A stretch of 63,830 bases of DNA, filler included, from Parasitella parasitica NRRL 2501 (Eukaryota > Fungi > Mucoromycota), in assembly GCA_025201805.1 (NCBI GenBank). It is 14 parts of 14 records of this genome, joined end to end, with 100 filler letters (N's around TTAATTAATTAA, not from the genome) between each part and the next. Parts side by side here need not be neighbours in the genome. Positions count along the whole stretch, not along the records: positions 62,570 to 63,830 come from MU619410.1; 13 more parts are not named here. One strand, given 5' to 3'. Numbering within the stretch: the first letter of the stretch is position 1; every line of letters starts with the position of its first letter. Positions 63,791-63,830 of the stretch are shown one piece after another. Below the pieces are notes generated by a model. The model was not told where the DNA came from. It worked only from the letters and a program-made list of their open reading frames with translations, and made no database searches. The translations under genes were made by a program, and so were the position numbers.

Positions 63791-63830
63791 GAGTGCATTT
63801 ATAAATGTATGAAATCAATGCGTACCTAAA

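Overview
Eukaryotic, intron-containing, AT-rich fungal DNA. The gene and transposon styles point to Mucoromycota (Mucorales-like); this is an inference. It is a draft scaffold with many N gaps, most padded with an artificial TTAATTAATTAA spacer, so adjacency across gaps is uncertain. A compact host-gene island (about 19.3-45.5 kb) holds a polyQ protein, a GPI-anchored chitin deacetylase, EMC1, GWT1, CHD1, a CCDC174-like gene and a DUF1992 gene. It is flanked by nested transposon graveyards: Cryptons (tyrosine-recombinase DNA transposons), Tc1/IS630, a pogo MITE, piggyBac, CACTA/EnSpm, Helitron, DIRS and several solo-LTR families. One tRNA-Val(AAC) is present. Most interesting signals: (1) head-to-tail LINE copies joined by exactly the reverse complement of a tRNA-Ala-type 5' end, suggesting a tRNA-gene-targeting retrotransposon, with TAATG-coupled ORFs; (2) an intact, recently duplicated Crypton whose ends reconstitute a loxP/dif-like palindromic site; (3) a decayed Fanzor (TnpB-family RNA-guided nuclease) with a candidate omegaRNA hairpin; (4) TA-CTG-TA excision footprints shown by comparing paralogues.
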